Assembly: GCA_023252195.1 (NCBI GenBank)
Contig: JAHEXI010000008.1
Location: 96,980-160,979, forward strand
Direction of reading: 5' to 3'
DNA: 64,000 bases
Source of the DNA: Pseudonocardiales bacterium
GTDB taxonomy: Bacteria > Actinomycetota > Actinomycetes > Mycobacteriales > Pseudonocardiaceae
The notes under the pieces were generated by a model that saw only the letters and a list, made by a program, of their open reading frames with translations, had not been told where the DNA came from and did not search any database. Of the stretch, positions 9,129-17,868 are shown one piece after another (the stretch's first letter is position 1; the number at the start of each line of letters is the position of its first letter). The translations under genes were made by a program, and so were the position numbers.

Positions 9129-10319
9129 GTGGAGCTGTGCAGTGACTGCACCAACTCGTCGGTCAGTGGATTTCGGCGCCACGCGGGTTATCGGGCGGCG
9201 TGGTCGCGAGCACAGCGTCCGAAGCCGACCAAGCTCTCGCGGCTACCAGGGTTGGCTGCGATGCCGCCGTCGGCGGCGGACCTGCCCCGGCGCGCGGCCG
9301 AGTTGGTCGCCAGCCAGTTCGACAAGGTCGCCGCGGCGGCCGAGGGATGTGACGTGCTGGTGGCGACCGGAGTGATGCCGACCGCGGCCAGCACGCGGTC
9401 GGTGGCCGAGAAACTGGGCATCCGCTCCGTGTCCGTGACCTTCCAGCAGCTCACCCTGCCGTCGCCGCACCACCCGCCGCTGGCGTATCCGGGCCGGCCG
9501 TTCCCGCCGGAGGTGACCGACAACCGGGTGCTGTGGGACCTAGACGCCCAGAACATCAACGCGCTGTTCGGTGCGGCGCTCAACACGAACCGGGCGTCGA
9601 TCGGCCTGCCACCGGTGGACAACGTCCGCGACTACGTCATCGGCGACCAGCCGTGGCTGGCGACGGATCCGACCCTGGATCCGTGGCAGGAGACGGCGGA
9701 CCTCGACGTCGTGCAGACCGGCGCGAGGATCCTGCCCGACGTTCGCCCACTCCCGGCTGAGCTGGTGGCGTTCCTGGACGCCGGCACACCACCGGTGTAC
9801 GTGGGCTTCGGCAGCATGGCAATGCAGACCCCGGCACTGCGCGCCCCGAAGGACATCGCCCGGGTGGCCATCGAGGCGATCCGCGCGCAGGGCCGCCGCG
9901 CACTCGTCTCCCGCGGCTGGGCCGACCTGGCCCTGATCGACGACCGGGACGACTGCTTCAGCGTCGGCGAGGTCAACCAGCAGGCACTGTTCACCCGGGT
10001 GGCCGCCGTCGTGCACCACGGCGGCGCGGGCACCACGACGACGGCCACCCGGGCCGGCGCACCTCAGGTGGTGGTACCCCAGGCGGCAGACCAGCCGTAC
10101 TGGGCCGGCCGGGTGGCCGACCTGGGCATCGGCACGGCACACGACGGTCCGACTCCGACCACCGAGTCCCTGTCAGCCGCGCTCAGGACGACCCTGACCC
10201 CCGAGACCCGTGCCCGAGCAACCGCCGTAGCCAGCACGATCCGCACCGACGGAGCAACGGTGGCCGCGACGCTGCTGCTCGACGCGATCAGCCGGGAAAA
10301 GCCGCCAGTGCCCGCGTGA
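9129..10319 (+). pseudogene. 5'-truncated GT1 glycosyltransferase, GtfB/vancomycin-group-like (N-terminal Rossmann half-start missing)
   Basis: From about residue 50 the protein tracks my recollection of GtfB-type GT1 enzymes (FDKVAAAAEGCDVLVATG...SVAEKLGI...IGLPPVDNV...VQTGA.ILPD.RPLP.EL.AFLDAG.PPVY.GFGS...HHGGAGTT...ADQPYWAGRV...). The first roughly 55-70 residues, including the MRVL..GSRGD motif, are absent. They are replaced by repeat A1-derived sequence. Confidence 0.6.
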
Positions 10320-10412
10320 ACCACGCGGGATCGTCGAGCCAGGGAAAGTGCCCGGCGTTCGCCAAAGCGCTAAGGAGGGGGTTGCGCCACGCCGGGAACG
10401 TAGGGTCAAGGC

Positions 10413-11237
10413 ATGCAGATGCCGCGGCTGGTCGCCACCGACGTTGACGGCACCTTGCTGGACCCGACCGACCAGGTTTCTGAGCGTACTCGGGCCGCGG
10501 TGCATCGGGTGGTAGCGGCCGGGGTGCCGTTCGTACTGGTCACCGGTCGGCCGCCGCGGTGGATCCCGCCGATCGTAGAGCAACTTGGCCACGCCGGGCC
10601 GGCGGTGTGCGCCAACGGCGCGGTGCTCTACAACGCTGCGACCGACCAGGTCAGCTACATGGTGACGCTGGATCCGATGCAGCTGCGGGATGCGGCGGAG
10701 GTGATCGCCACCGCGCTGCCGGGCGCGAAGCTTGCGGTCGAGCTGCCCGCCGCAGGCGCCGCGCGCAACGGTGCCGAGCAGTTCCTCGCCGAACCGGGCT
10801 ACACCCACCCCTGGCCGGGCGGGGACTCCGTCGACGCGCCGCGCGATGTGCTGCTCGGCCGACCGGCGATCAAGTTGCTGGTCCGCCAGCCGAATGCCAG
10901 CAGTGACCTGATGGCCGCCGCGGTTCGCGAGCTACTCGGTGCCGCATCAGGGGGCCGCCTCGACGTCACGTACTCCACCGGCTACGGCCTGATCGAGCTC
11001 TCCGCGCCCGGCGTCACCAAGGGCACCGGGCTGGCCCGGCTGGCCGGGCAGCTGGGAGTCGCGCCGGCCGATGTGCTGGCTTTGGGTGACATGCCCAACG
11101 ACCTGTCGATGCTGCGCTGGGCGGGGCACGGAGTGGCCATGGCCAATGCCCATCCCGCCGTGCTCGAGGCCGCCGACGAGATCACTGCGGGTAACTCCGA
11201 GGACGGTCTCGCGATGATACTCGAGAGGTGGTTCTGA
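10413..11237 (+). CDS. Cof-type HAD-IIB family hydrolase (sugar phosphatase-like)
   Basis: LVATDVDGTLLD motif I, VLVTGRP motif II and LGDMPNDLSML motif IV. 274 aa. Confidence 0.85.
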   Translation: MQMPRLVATDVDGTLLDPTDQVSERTRAAVHRVVAAGVPFVLVTGRPPRWIPPIVEQLGHAGPAVCANGAVLYNAATDQVSYMVTLDPMQLRDAAEVIATALPGAKLAVELPAAGAARNGAEQFLAEPGYTHPWPGGDSVDAPRDVLLGRPAIKLLVRQPNASSDLMAAAVRELLGAASGGRLDVTYSTGYGLIELSAPGVTKGTGLARLAGQLGVAPADVLALGDMPNDLSMLRWAGHGVAMANAHPAVLEAADEITAGNSEDGLAMILERWF

Positions 11238-11403
11238 TCCGAGCTAGACGCCTCTAGAGCGGCTCGGCCGGGTCAAATGTGACCTGATTGTGATGAATTA
11301 GGGCGAACTGGTACGAGGGAGCCGGCGAAAGCTAGGCTGCTCCCTTCCACGCGACCGGTAACAGCGCGTGAGATTGAACTCCCACCAGCCGCTTGGAGGT
11401 TTT

Positions 11404-12210
11404 GTGCAGAACAAGATCGATGAAGGCAGGTTCCGAGAGCTCCTGGAAGAATCGGACGATCTGCAGTCCGACGCGATGCGTACTGCTCGGACGGGTCTGA
11501 ATGACTATGTCGAGGCCGCTCGGGAGGCCTGTGTGTCCGCCGGCCGAGATGCTTCTCGCTGGGGAACCGTCGCCGCCGCGGCCGGTGTCGCCGGAGGGGT
11601 AATGCTGCTGAGCAGCCCGACGGCGTGGGCCGCGGCTGGTGACGACGTGGCAGCGTTGCAGACCGCAGCCGGCCTGGAGAACCTCGCGGTGTTGACCTAC
11701 CAGACCGCGTTGACGTTGCCGTTCGTTGGCGGGAGTTCGGCGAACCCGGTAGTCAAAGCCTTTGCGACCAAGACAATGGGCCAGCACAGCGAGCACGCGA
11801 TGGCGTTCAACGCCGCGGTCCAGCGGCTGGGAGGCAAGCCCCAGACGGGCTCGGACCCGAAGTACGCGGAAGTGGTGAAGGCAGCGGTGCCCAAGCTTAA
11901 GGGCGCGGCTGACGTCATCGGCTTGGCGATCACGCTGGAGGACGTGGCCGCGCAGACCTACGTCAAAGACGTCGGGCTGGTCACCACCGCGGAGTTGCGG
12001 CAGCTGTTCGCCAGCGTGGCCGGGGTGGAATCCCAGCACAAGGCGATCCTGCTAGCCGTGCAGGCGCTGGTGAAAGCCAATCAGCCGCAGCTGATCGCGC
12101 TACCCCCGGACATCGCGAAGCTGCCCGCCGCAGCGGGCAGCGTGGGCTTCCCTGACTCGTTCTACCCGACCACCATGGCCGCTCCGGTCGAGGAAGGAGC
12201 CATCCGATGA
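11404..12210 (+). CDS. Ferritin-like domain protein with N-terminal helical extension and signal-anchor-like segment
   Basis: LQTAAGLENLAVLTYQTAL...HSEHAMAFN...LEDVAAQTYV...ESQHKAIL is a four-helix ferritin-like E/H pattern. GTG 11404 lies 4 nt after GGAGG; the ORF is open from 11368. It is a paralog of the next gene. Confidence 0.6.
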   Translation: MQNKIDEGRFRELLEESDDLQSDAMRTARTGLNDYVEAAREACVSAGRDASRWGTVAAAAGVAGGVMLLSSPTAWAAAGDDVAALQTAAGLENLAVLTYQTALTLPFVGGSSANPVVKAFATKTMGQHSEHAMAFNAAVQRLGGKPQTGSDPKYAEVVKAAVPKLKGAADVIGLAITLEDVAAQTYVKDVGLVTTAELRQLFASVAGVESQHKAILLAVQALVKANQPQLIALPPDIAKLPAAAGSVGFPDSFYPTTMAAPVEEGAIR

Positions 12211-13028
12211 GCATCTTTCCCCACCGCCCTCGTAGCGCAGAGATGGCGATCAGCGAGCACGAACTGTCTGGGCTGACGCGCGAGCTCGATGACCTCCACG
12301 AGTCGACATTCCCGCAGGTACGCAAGGCTCTCGACGAGTTGACCGCGAACCTGGGGCACGTGGTGGCCAAGCCGTCCACCCGGCGTGGCTTCTTCCTCGG
12401 CGCGGCCGGTGCTGTCGCCCTCGGCGCAGCTGCGGCGTGCTCCGGCGGCTCCTCAGGGGCACCGAAGCCATCGGGCTCGGCGCCAGCGGTCCCGACCTCG
12501 CCCCCGGCCCCGCCAGAGACCTACACCGGGGACCTGAAGGTGGTGGCGCTGGCGACGGCGTTGGAGAATCTGGCCGTCAGCGCCTACAGCGGTGCGTTGC
12601 AGAAGGCCGGCGCCGGGCAGCTGGGGACGGTGCCACCGGCGGTGGCCACCTTCATCCAAACCGCGATGAAGCAGCACTCCGACCACGCGCAGGCCTGGAA
12701 CGCGGTGCTGGCCAAAGCGGGGAAACCGACCATCAACGATGCACCGTTGTCGATCACTCAAGATCAGGTGAACATGCTCAACGCGGCGACCTCGGTGCCC
12801 GACGTGGCCAAGCTGGCGCTGAACCTGGAAAATGTCGCTGCGCAGACCTACACCTTCGCCACCGCGAACGTGACTGATGTCGGCGGGATCATGACGGCTG
12901 CCACCATCCAACCGGTGGAGACCATGCACGCCGCGATCCTGAACTTCATCCTGGGCCAGTACCCGATCCCAGACTCGTTCATCGGTATCGGCAATTCACT
13001 CAAGCCCGACATGTTGACGGTAAAGTGA
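12207..13028 (+). CDS. Ferritin-like domain protein, Tat-type (RRGFFLG) lipoprotein-like signal after a ~55-aa N-terminal extension
   Basis: TRRGFFLGAAGAVALGAAAAC is a twin-arginine plus lipobox-like motif. It also has ALENLAVSAYSGAL...HSDHAQAWN...LENVAAQTY...ETMHAAIL. ATGA overlap with an upstream GGAAGGAG SD. Confidence 0.65.
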   Translation: MSIFPHRPRSAEMAISEHELSGLTRELDDLHESTFPQVRKALDELTANLGHVVAKPSTRRGFFLGAAGAVALGAAAACSGGSSGAPKPSGSAPAVPTSPPAPPETYTGDLKVVALATALENLAVSAYSGALQKAGAGQLGTVPPAVATFIQTAMKQHSDHAQAWNAVLAKAGKPTINDAPLSITQDQVNMLNAATSVPDVAKLALNLENVAAQTYTFATANVTDVGGIMTAATIQPVETMHAAILNFILGQYPIPDSFIGIGNSLKPDMLTVK

Positions 13029-13032
13029 TTCC

Positions 13033-13434
13033 ATGATTACCTCGCCCACCGCCGCGATCCGGTTGCGCCCAACCGCGATTGTGCTCACCATGCTGGTCGC
13101 CGTACTGGGACTTGTGCTGGGTTGTGGCGGTGGCGCGGGTAGCCCGGCGGGCGGGGGTGGCGGCCCAGCCGCCACCCCTAGCGCCCCTGACACGATAGTT
13201 ATCAAGAATTTCACGTTCATGCCTGCCTCGTTGACCGTCGCGCCTGGAACGAAGATCGCGGTCATCAACCAGGATCAGGCGCCGCACACCGTGACTGCCG
13301 ACGACAAATCCTTCGATAGTCGCACCATCTCCGGTGGACAACGTGGCGAAATCACCGCCCCCACCAAGCCGGGTAGCTACCCCTACATCTGCACCATCCA
13401 CCAGTACATGAAGGGCACGCTGATCGTGCAGTGA
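13033..13434 (+). CDS. Cupredoxin (plastocyanin/amicyanin-like type-1 copper) lipoprotein
   Basis: Lipobox LVLGCGGG. Has a HTVT...YPYICTIHQYMKGTL Cu-ligand set (H..C..H..M). 133 aa. Confidence 0.8.
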   Translation: MITSPTAAIRLRPTAIVLTMLVAVLGLVLGCGGGAGSPAGGGGGPAATPSAPDTIVIKNFTFMPASLTVAPGTKIAVINQDQAPHTVTADDKSFDSRTISGGQRGEITAPTKPGSYPYICTIHQYMKGTLIVQ

Positions 13435-13880
13435 GCGGGCCATCGTCGCCATCCGGGCGGTTTCGACACCGCCCAGTGAGCGAGGTCGTTGCTCGGGTCG
13501 TGGTCGCAGCCGGATTGGGCTACGACGCGTATGTCCACTTCGATCTCGCCGGTAATTTCGACGCAAATCGGGCGCTGATCAGCCAGGGCATACTCTTCCG
13601 CGTCGAGGCAGCGGCTGCCATCCTCGCCGCCCTGTTGGTGCTGCTCATCCAGCACCGAGCAGCGGTGTCGTTCGCCGTAGTGATCGCCGGCAGCGCGCTG
13701 GGCGCCGTGCTGCTCTATCGCTATGTCGACCTGGGAGCCCTCGGCCCGCTACCGGACATGTACGAACCAAGCTGGTACCCGGAAAAGACCTACAGCGCCA
13801 TAGTCGAAGCCGCCGCCGTTTTCGCTGCGGCTGCGCTGCTCTTCTCAAGCGATGCAAGGCAGGTGCCCCCGCCCGACTGA
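13431..13880 (+). CDS. Four-helix integral membrane protein, unknown function
   Basis: GTGA overlap with the cupredoxin gene. Four hydrophobic segments. High GC3. Confidence 0.6.
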   Translation: MSGPSSPSGRFRHRPVSEVVARVVVAAGLGYDAYVHFDLAGNFDANRALISQGILFRVEAAAAILAALLVLLIQHRAAVSFAVVIAGSALGAVLLYRYVDLGALGPLPDMYEPSWYPEKTYSAIVEAAAVFAAAALLFSSDARQVPPPD

Positions 13881-13898
13881 CGCCGGGCGGGGGCACCT
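13861..13898. terminator. Bidirectional GC-rich hairpin between convergent genes
   Basis: AGGTGCCCCCGCCCG-actgacgc-CGGGCGGGGGCACCT is a perfect 15-bp stem. The stop codon of the + gene lies in the loop. Confidence 0.6.
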
Positions 13899-13916
13899 GT
13901 GGAAGCGTCTCCGCGC

Positions 13917-14111
13917 TTAGAGAATGTCGCCGAGACCTTCGAGCAGTCCCTCGCGGTCGTGACGACCGTAGTGTTCCTCGCGGCCGTACCCGTTATGGCG
14001 ACGGTAGCTGCTTTCGTGCCAGTTGTTGTCGCCATGCCGGTGACCGTGGTCATGGCCGCCGCCGCCGCAGTCTCCGCCTCCGCCACGTGAGAAGATGTCT
14101 GAAACCCTCAT
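13917..14111 (-). CDS. Small Gly/His/Arg-rich protein (64 aa), possible metal-binding or stress peptide
   Basis: The ATG is preceded by cGAGGAGGggcac (strong SD, about 6 nt spacing). Sequence: MRVSDIFSRGGGGDCGGGGHDHGHRHGDNNWHESSYRRHNGYGREEHYGRHDREGLLEGLGDIL. Confidence 0.6.
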   Translation of the reverse strand: MRVSDIFSRGGGGDCGGGGHDHGHRHGDNNWHESSYRRHNGYGREEHYGRHDREGLLEGLGDIL

Positions 14112-14125
14112 GTGCCCCTCCTCGA

Positions 14126-14163
14126 TCGTTCTTTCCCTGGGACAAATCGTTTTCCCTGGGACA
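14126..14163 (-). promoter_or_regulatory. Two direct repeats (TCGTT-TTTCCCTGGGACA) in the leader/operator region of the His-rich peptide gene
   Basis: tcgttcTTTCCCTGGGACA (14126-14144) and tcgtTTTCCCTGGGACA (14147-14163), with a period of about 20 bp, lie 15-52 nt upstream of the ATG at 14111. Confidence 0.35.
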
Positions 14164-14377
14164 CCTCTTCAGGGTGACGCAGTTGCGTTCCCCTGCTCGC
14201 GTCGACGTAACGTCGAACCGGCCCTCAGAAGATCATTTCTGACCGGCCGCAACGCCCCCAAGGCGGTCGCGCACGAACTTCCACACCTTTAGGCTTACTA
14301 CCGACTTTCACGCCTCGCAACCCGAATTACTGACGTTATACTTCTGTAATGAAACAGAGTGTGAGCATACGTAGACG

Positions 14378-14406
14378 TTGAGTGAGAATTGGCTGTTACA
14401 TACCAT
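14378..14406 (+). promoter_or_regulatory. Candidate sigma-70-type promoter in the AT-richest stretch of the window
   Basis: TTGAGT, then 17 nt, then TACCAT (TAnnnT), about 140 nt upstream of the TPM-domain gene. Confidence 0.25.
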
Positions 14407-14548
14407 ACAAAATCGCTGACCCCGAGGCCGATCGCCGGCGACTGAGCGCGTCACCAGGCCGGTGGGCAGCGGTCCGCCCTGCACTAGGATCGTGCCTGGA
14501 GTTCAGCAGGTTCTAGGCAGCGAAGGGGCCAGAGTGACAGTGCCCGAG

Positions 14549-15436
14549 GTGAGTGTGCAGCGTCGGATGTTGCGCCTGACAGTGCCGATCGGGGCGCTGG
14601 TCGCGGTGTTGGCCCTGGCAGCACCGGCGTGGGCGAGCACGGTGCAGATCCAGGACGACGCCCACGTCTTGAATGCCACGGTGGTGCAGAATGAGGCAGC
14701 CACCTTGCCTGTCGGCGTGTACATCTGGGCCACCACCCAGGACGCGGCCAGCAAGTCGACCTTCGATACCGACGTCCGGAACAAGGTCAACGCGACCTTC
14801 CCGATCGTGATCGGGATCAATACCCAGTCCCGGCACGAGTCGATCCAGATCGGTTCGCAAGCTCGGGTCCCGCAGAGCACCGCGGTGGCGGCGGAATCCG
14901 ACGCGAGCAGCGCGTTTCTTGCGAACATGCAGACCAGCCACGACTACACCACCGCGGTCACGGCCGCGCTGGGCAAGTTGCGCACCAGTTTGGTGGGGGC
15001 CAACCGGGGACGTGTCCCTGGGCGGCGCGTTGCGACTCACAACTCCGGCGGCGGCCTCGTCGGGATCATGATCGTGCTGGCCGTGGTCGTCTTCGCCGTG
15101 ATCGTGGTCAGCCGGCGGCGTCGCCGGTCCGGCTTCCGGATGGGGCCGCCCCTGATGGGTTCCGGGCCGCCCCCGATGGACTCCTACGGTGGCTACGGCC
15201 CCGGCTACCGGTCGGGAATGAGCCCAGGAGCAGCCGGCGCCATGGGTGCGGTGGGCGGCGGCCTGCTGGGCTACGAGCTCGGCAAGATGCAGGGCGAGAA
15301 CCAGCAGTACCGCCAGGACGAGCTGATGGATCGAGGCGGCCAGTACGACTCTCCCGACCAGGGCAACTGGGTCGTCGGCCAGGATGGTGACTTCGGCGGC
15401 GGCTCAGACTCTTCAGGCGGCAGCGGAGACTGGTGA
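14549..15436 (+). CDS. Secreted/membrane-anchored TPM-domain-like protein with Gly-rich C-terminal tail
   Basis: Signal peptide MLRLTVPIGALVAVLALAAPAWA. DDAHVLN... TPM-like domain, TM helix GLVGIMIVLAVVVFAVIVV followed by RRRRR, then a G/P/Y-rich tail. The start is GTG 14549 or ATG 14567; the ORF is open from 14462. Confidence 0.6.
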   Translation: MSVQRRMLRLTVPIGALVAVLALAAPAWASTVQIQDDAHVLNATVVQNEAATLPVGVYIWATTQDAASKSTFDTDVRNKVNATFPIVIGINTQSRHESIQIGSQARVPQSTAVAAESDASSAFLANMQTSHDYTTAVTAALGKLRTSLVGANRGRVPGRRVATHNSGGGLVGIMIVLAVVVFAVIVVSRRRRRSGFRMGPPLMGSGPPPMDSYGGYGPGYRSGMSPGAAGAMGAVGGGLLGYELGKMQGENQQYRQDELMDRGGQYDSPDQGNWVVGQDGDFGGGSDSSGGSGDW

Positions 15437-15634
15437 GTTAAGTTTGCCGCACTTCACCCGCGGGTATGCGTTGCCGTCCAAGCGGCCACCAACCACGACA
15501 TCGAGCTGGCCGACGAGTTCGACGTCGACCGGGGCGTGTCGTCGCGCACTTCGCCACCGCCAAGGCACACATTTCGTCGTAGCCGGTGTTGGCCGACGAC
15601 CTGCTCCGGGTGAGGGTGTCCGGCTAGGGTCGAT

Positions 15635-16882
15635 CTAGTGGCGTAGCGGGTTGGTGAGGGGTCGACGGTCGGGGTTGATGATCGTGGGTGGTCGGAATTT
15701 GACGCGTCCACCGGTGATGGTGATGTCCCAGCCTTGCAGGTGTACTTGCTGGTGGTGGGCGGGGCAGAGCAGGCAGCAGTTTCCTACCTTGGTCTCGCCA
15801 AGATCAATCCAGTGTCGCACGTGGTGCGCGGCGCAGAGTCCCGGAGGCCGGTCGCAGCCGGGGAAACTGCACCCGCCGTCTCGGGTGATCAGGGCGCGGC
15901 GGATGCCCAGCGGGACGGTGCGCATCGCGCGGCCGACGTCGAGGGGTTCGGAGTCGCTGCCCAGGACCACTGGGATCAGTTTGCAGTCACAGGCCAGGCA
16001 GCGGGCGTCGCCGGCGCTGATCAGCTGCCCATAATCCAGGGTGGCGGCGCCCAGGGCGGTGCGCAGTGCGTCCCAGGTGGTGGTGACCGTCACATGCGGG
16101 GGCTCGCCCGCGGTGCTGGGGAACTCGTCGCTGGCGCGGGCCCGGTCGCACAGTTCGATGAGCGCATCAGCGTGGCGCTGCGGCACGGTAGAGGTGTCCG
16201 GCTCGCCGTCGGTGGTGGTGGGGCGGCCGGCGAGTTGCTCGATCAGGGCACGGACCATGCTGCCGTGCTCGGCATCGAGCCAGCCCTCCAGACCCACGCC
16301 ACCGTCGCGGCGATCCCGCAGCCACAATTCGCCGCGGACCGGTGATGTCGCGGTGGGATCCGCGCTCGGTGGTGGGCCATCCGGATCCAGGGTGGCGACC
16401 AGCCGCTGGGCGATGATCCGCAGGCGTCGCGGGTCGAAGTCGCGTGCGTAGCCAGCCAGGTCCGCCTCCGCCCGCTCCCGCGCCAGCGGTGGGACCGATG
16501 CGGGCAACGCCGCGATCGTCTCGGTGATCACCCGTAGCTGCCCCGACCCGATCTCGCCAGCGGCCAGCGCGGCCGCGGTCGCCGGCAACCGCGGCGCCAA
16601 CGTCTGCCCGGTGATCGTCCGGCGGGGGCCCACCATGGCCGCGTGCTCCACCCGCATCCGCGCCTCAGCCGCGGACAGCTGCAGCATCCCGGCCAGCAGC
16701 CTCTGGGTAGTGCTGAAACCCTCCCGGACTGCGATACCCCGAGCGTCGATCTCGGCGATCACCTCAAGCATCACCGACTGCGTTTGCCGGGACAGCTTTT
16801 CGATATCCCGCAGCGTCTGAGCGATCCCCTTGTCATCCAGGCCACCCAGCGTTTCGCGCACGTTATCCAGGCAGCTCGACAT
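15635..16882 (-). CDS. DUF222 + HNH endonuclease protein (REP13E12-like family)
   Basis: N-terminal DUF222-type helical region. The C-terminal part reads RDGGCSFPGCDRP...AHHVRHW...NCCLLCPAHHQQVH (HNH). ATG at 16882; the ORF is open to 16981. Confidence 0.85.
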   Translation of the reverse strand: MSSCLDNVRETLGGLDDKGIAQTLRDIEKLSRQTQSVMLEVIAEIDARGIAVREGFSTTQRLLAGMLQLSAAEARMRVEHAAMVGPRRTITGQTLAPRLPATAAALAAGEIGSGQLRVITETIAALPASVPPLARERAEADLAGYARDFDPRRLRIIAQRLVATLDPDGPPPSADPTATSPVRGELWLRDRRDGGVGLEGWLDAEHGSMVRALIEQLAGRPTTTDGEPDTSTVPQRHADALIELCDRARASDEFPSTAGEPPHVTVTTTWDALRTALGAATLDYGQLISAGDARCLACDCKLIPVVLGSDSEPLDVGRAMRTVPLGIRRALITRDGGCSFPGCDRPPGLCAAHHVRHWIDLGETKVGNCCLLCPAHHQQVHLQGWDITITGGRVKFRPPTIINPDRRPLTNPLRH

Positions 16883-17225
16883 CGCCACCACGGATTCGTG
16901 CACTGCCACGGTCACAAGTCGATTCTCGCACCCACCCCTGACAGTCTCCGGGGCCTCGAACCGGAGCCGAATTCCCCGCAAAGCGAACAGCCGGGCCTCA
17001 TCGGTGAATCTCTGGCGGTTGCGGTGCCCCAGGTCAGCGGAGGAGGCTGCGCCATGGCGGCAGCTTCGAGGACGTGCACCGGCCGACTTAGGCGCGGAGG
17101 GCGCCGTGACCTGTGAGCGTTTGCGTCGCTTTGGATCGACTCGGTTGGGGTCGTCGCTGGACCATTGTCGTCAGAAAGTGACCGCAAGTAGTGTATTGCT
17201 TCATCACCTATTCGAGGAGCTAGGG

Positions 17226-17645
17226 ATGGTTGAATCACAGGACGTTGCAACGCAACTGCTGGAGGCATTCAACTCCGCTGACTGGGAGCGCTTCCGCGGC
17301 CTGCTCGGCCCGGATGCGGTCTATCAGGAGACCGGGACCGGTCGGCGGGTAACGGGCGAGGGGTACGTCGAGTTGTGCCAGGGCTGGAGGGAAACGTTCC
17401 CCGACTGCCTCGGGGAGGTTCGCACGACGATCGCACAGGGCAACCAGGTGGCGCAGCAGGTGCATTGGACTGGCACGCATCAGGGGGTCCTGCGGGGCCC
17501 GAACCTCGAGCTGCCAGCCACCGGGAAGAGCGTGGAGGTCGACGCGACGCTCTGGACCCGAGTCGAGAACGGCAAGGTCGTCGAGCAACACCATCACCTC
17601 GACGTCCTCACGATGCTCGGGCAGATTGGCGCGCTGCCGAGCTGA
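17226..17645 (+). CDS. SnoaL-like ester cyclase / NTF2-fold protein
   Basis: ATG 17226 lies after GAGGAG. Has LLEAFNSADWERFRGLL...YVELCQGWRETFPD...ENGKVVEQHHHLDVLTMLGQIG. 139 aa. Confidence 0.8.
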   Translation: MVESQDVATQLLEAFNSADWERFRGLLGPDAVYQETGTGRRVTGEGYVELCQGWRETFPDCLGEVRTTIAQGNQVAQQVHWTGTHQGVLRGPNLELPATGKSVEVDATLWTRVENGKVVEQHHHLDVLTMLGQIGALPS

Positions 17646-17868
17646 CAAGACGGACCGCGCTGCTGGCTCGGGGTCGAGGTCACAGCCGACGCGTGCAGCC
17701 TGCGCCTAGAGTGGACTCGCGTGGGCCAGGCGGCCGCCGCCGCGGCCAGGAGATCGCTGCACCGTAATTGGCGCAGTCCCACCCGAGCAGCAGCAGGGTC
17801 GCCTTGCATCGCTGTCGGTCCGGTCTGCGAGGATCTGCGCGAAGTGGCCGACGCGCGAAAGGGATCTT

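Noticed and set aside
9129-10319. GtfB-like GT as a marker of a glycopeptide antibiotic biosynthetic cluster.
   Set aside because: There are no NRPS, P450, halogenase or sugar-biosynthesis neighbours, and the gene itself is 5'-truncated. It is an isolated remnant.
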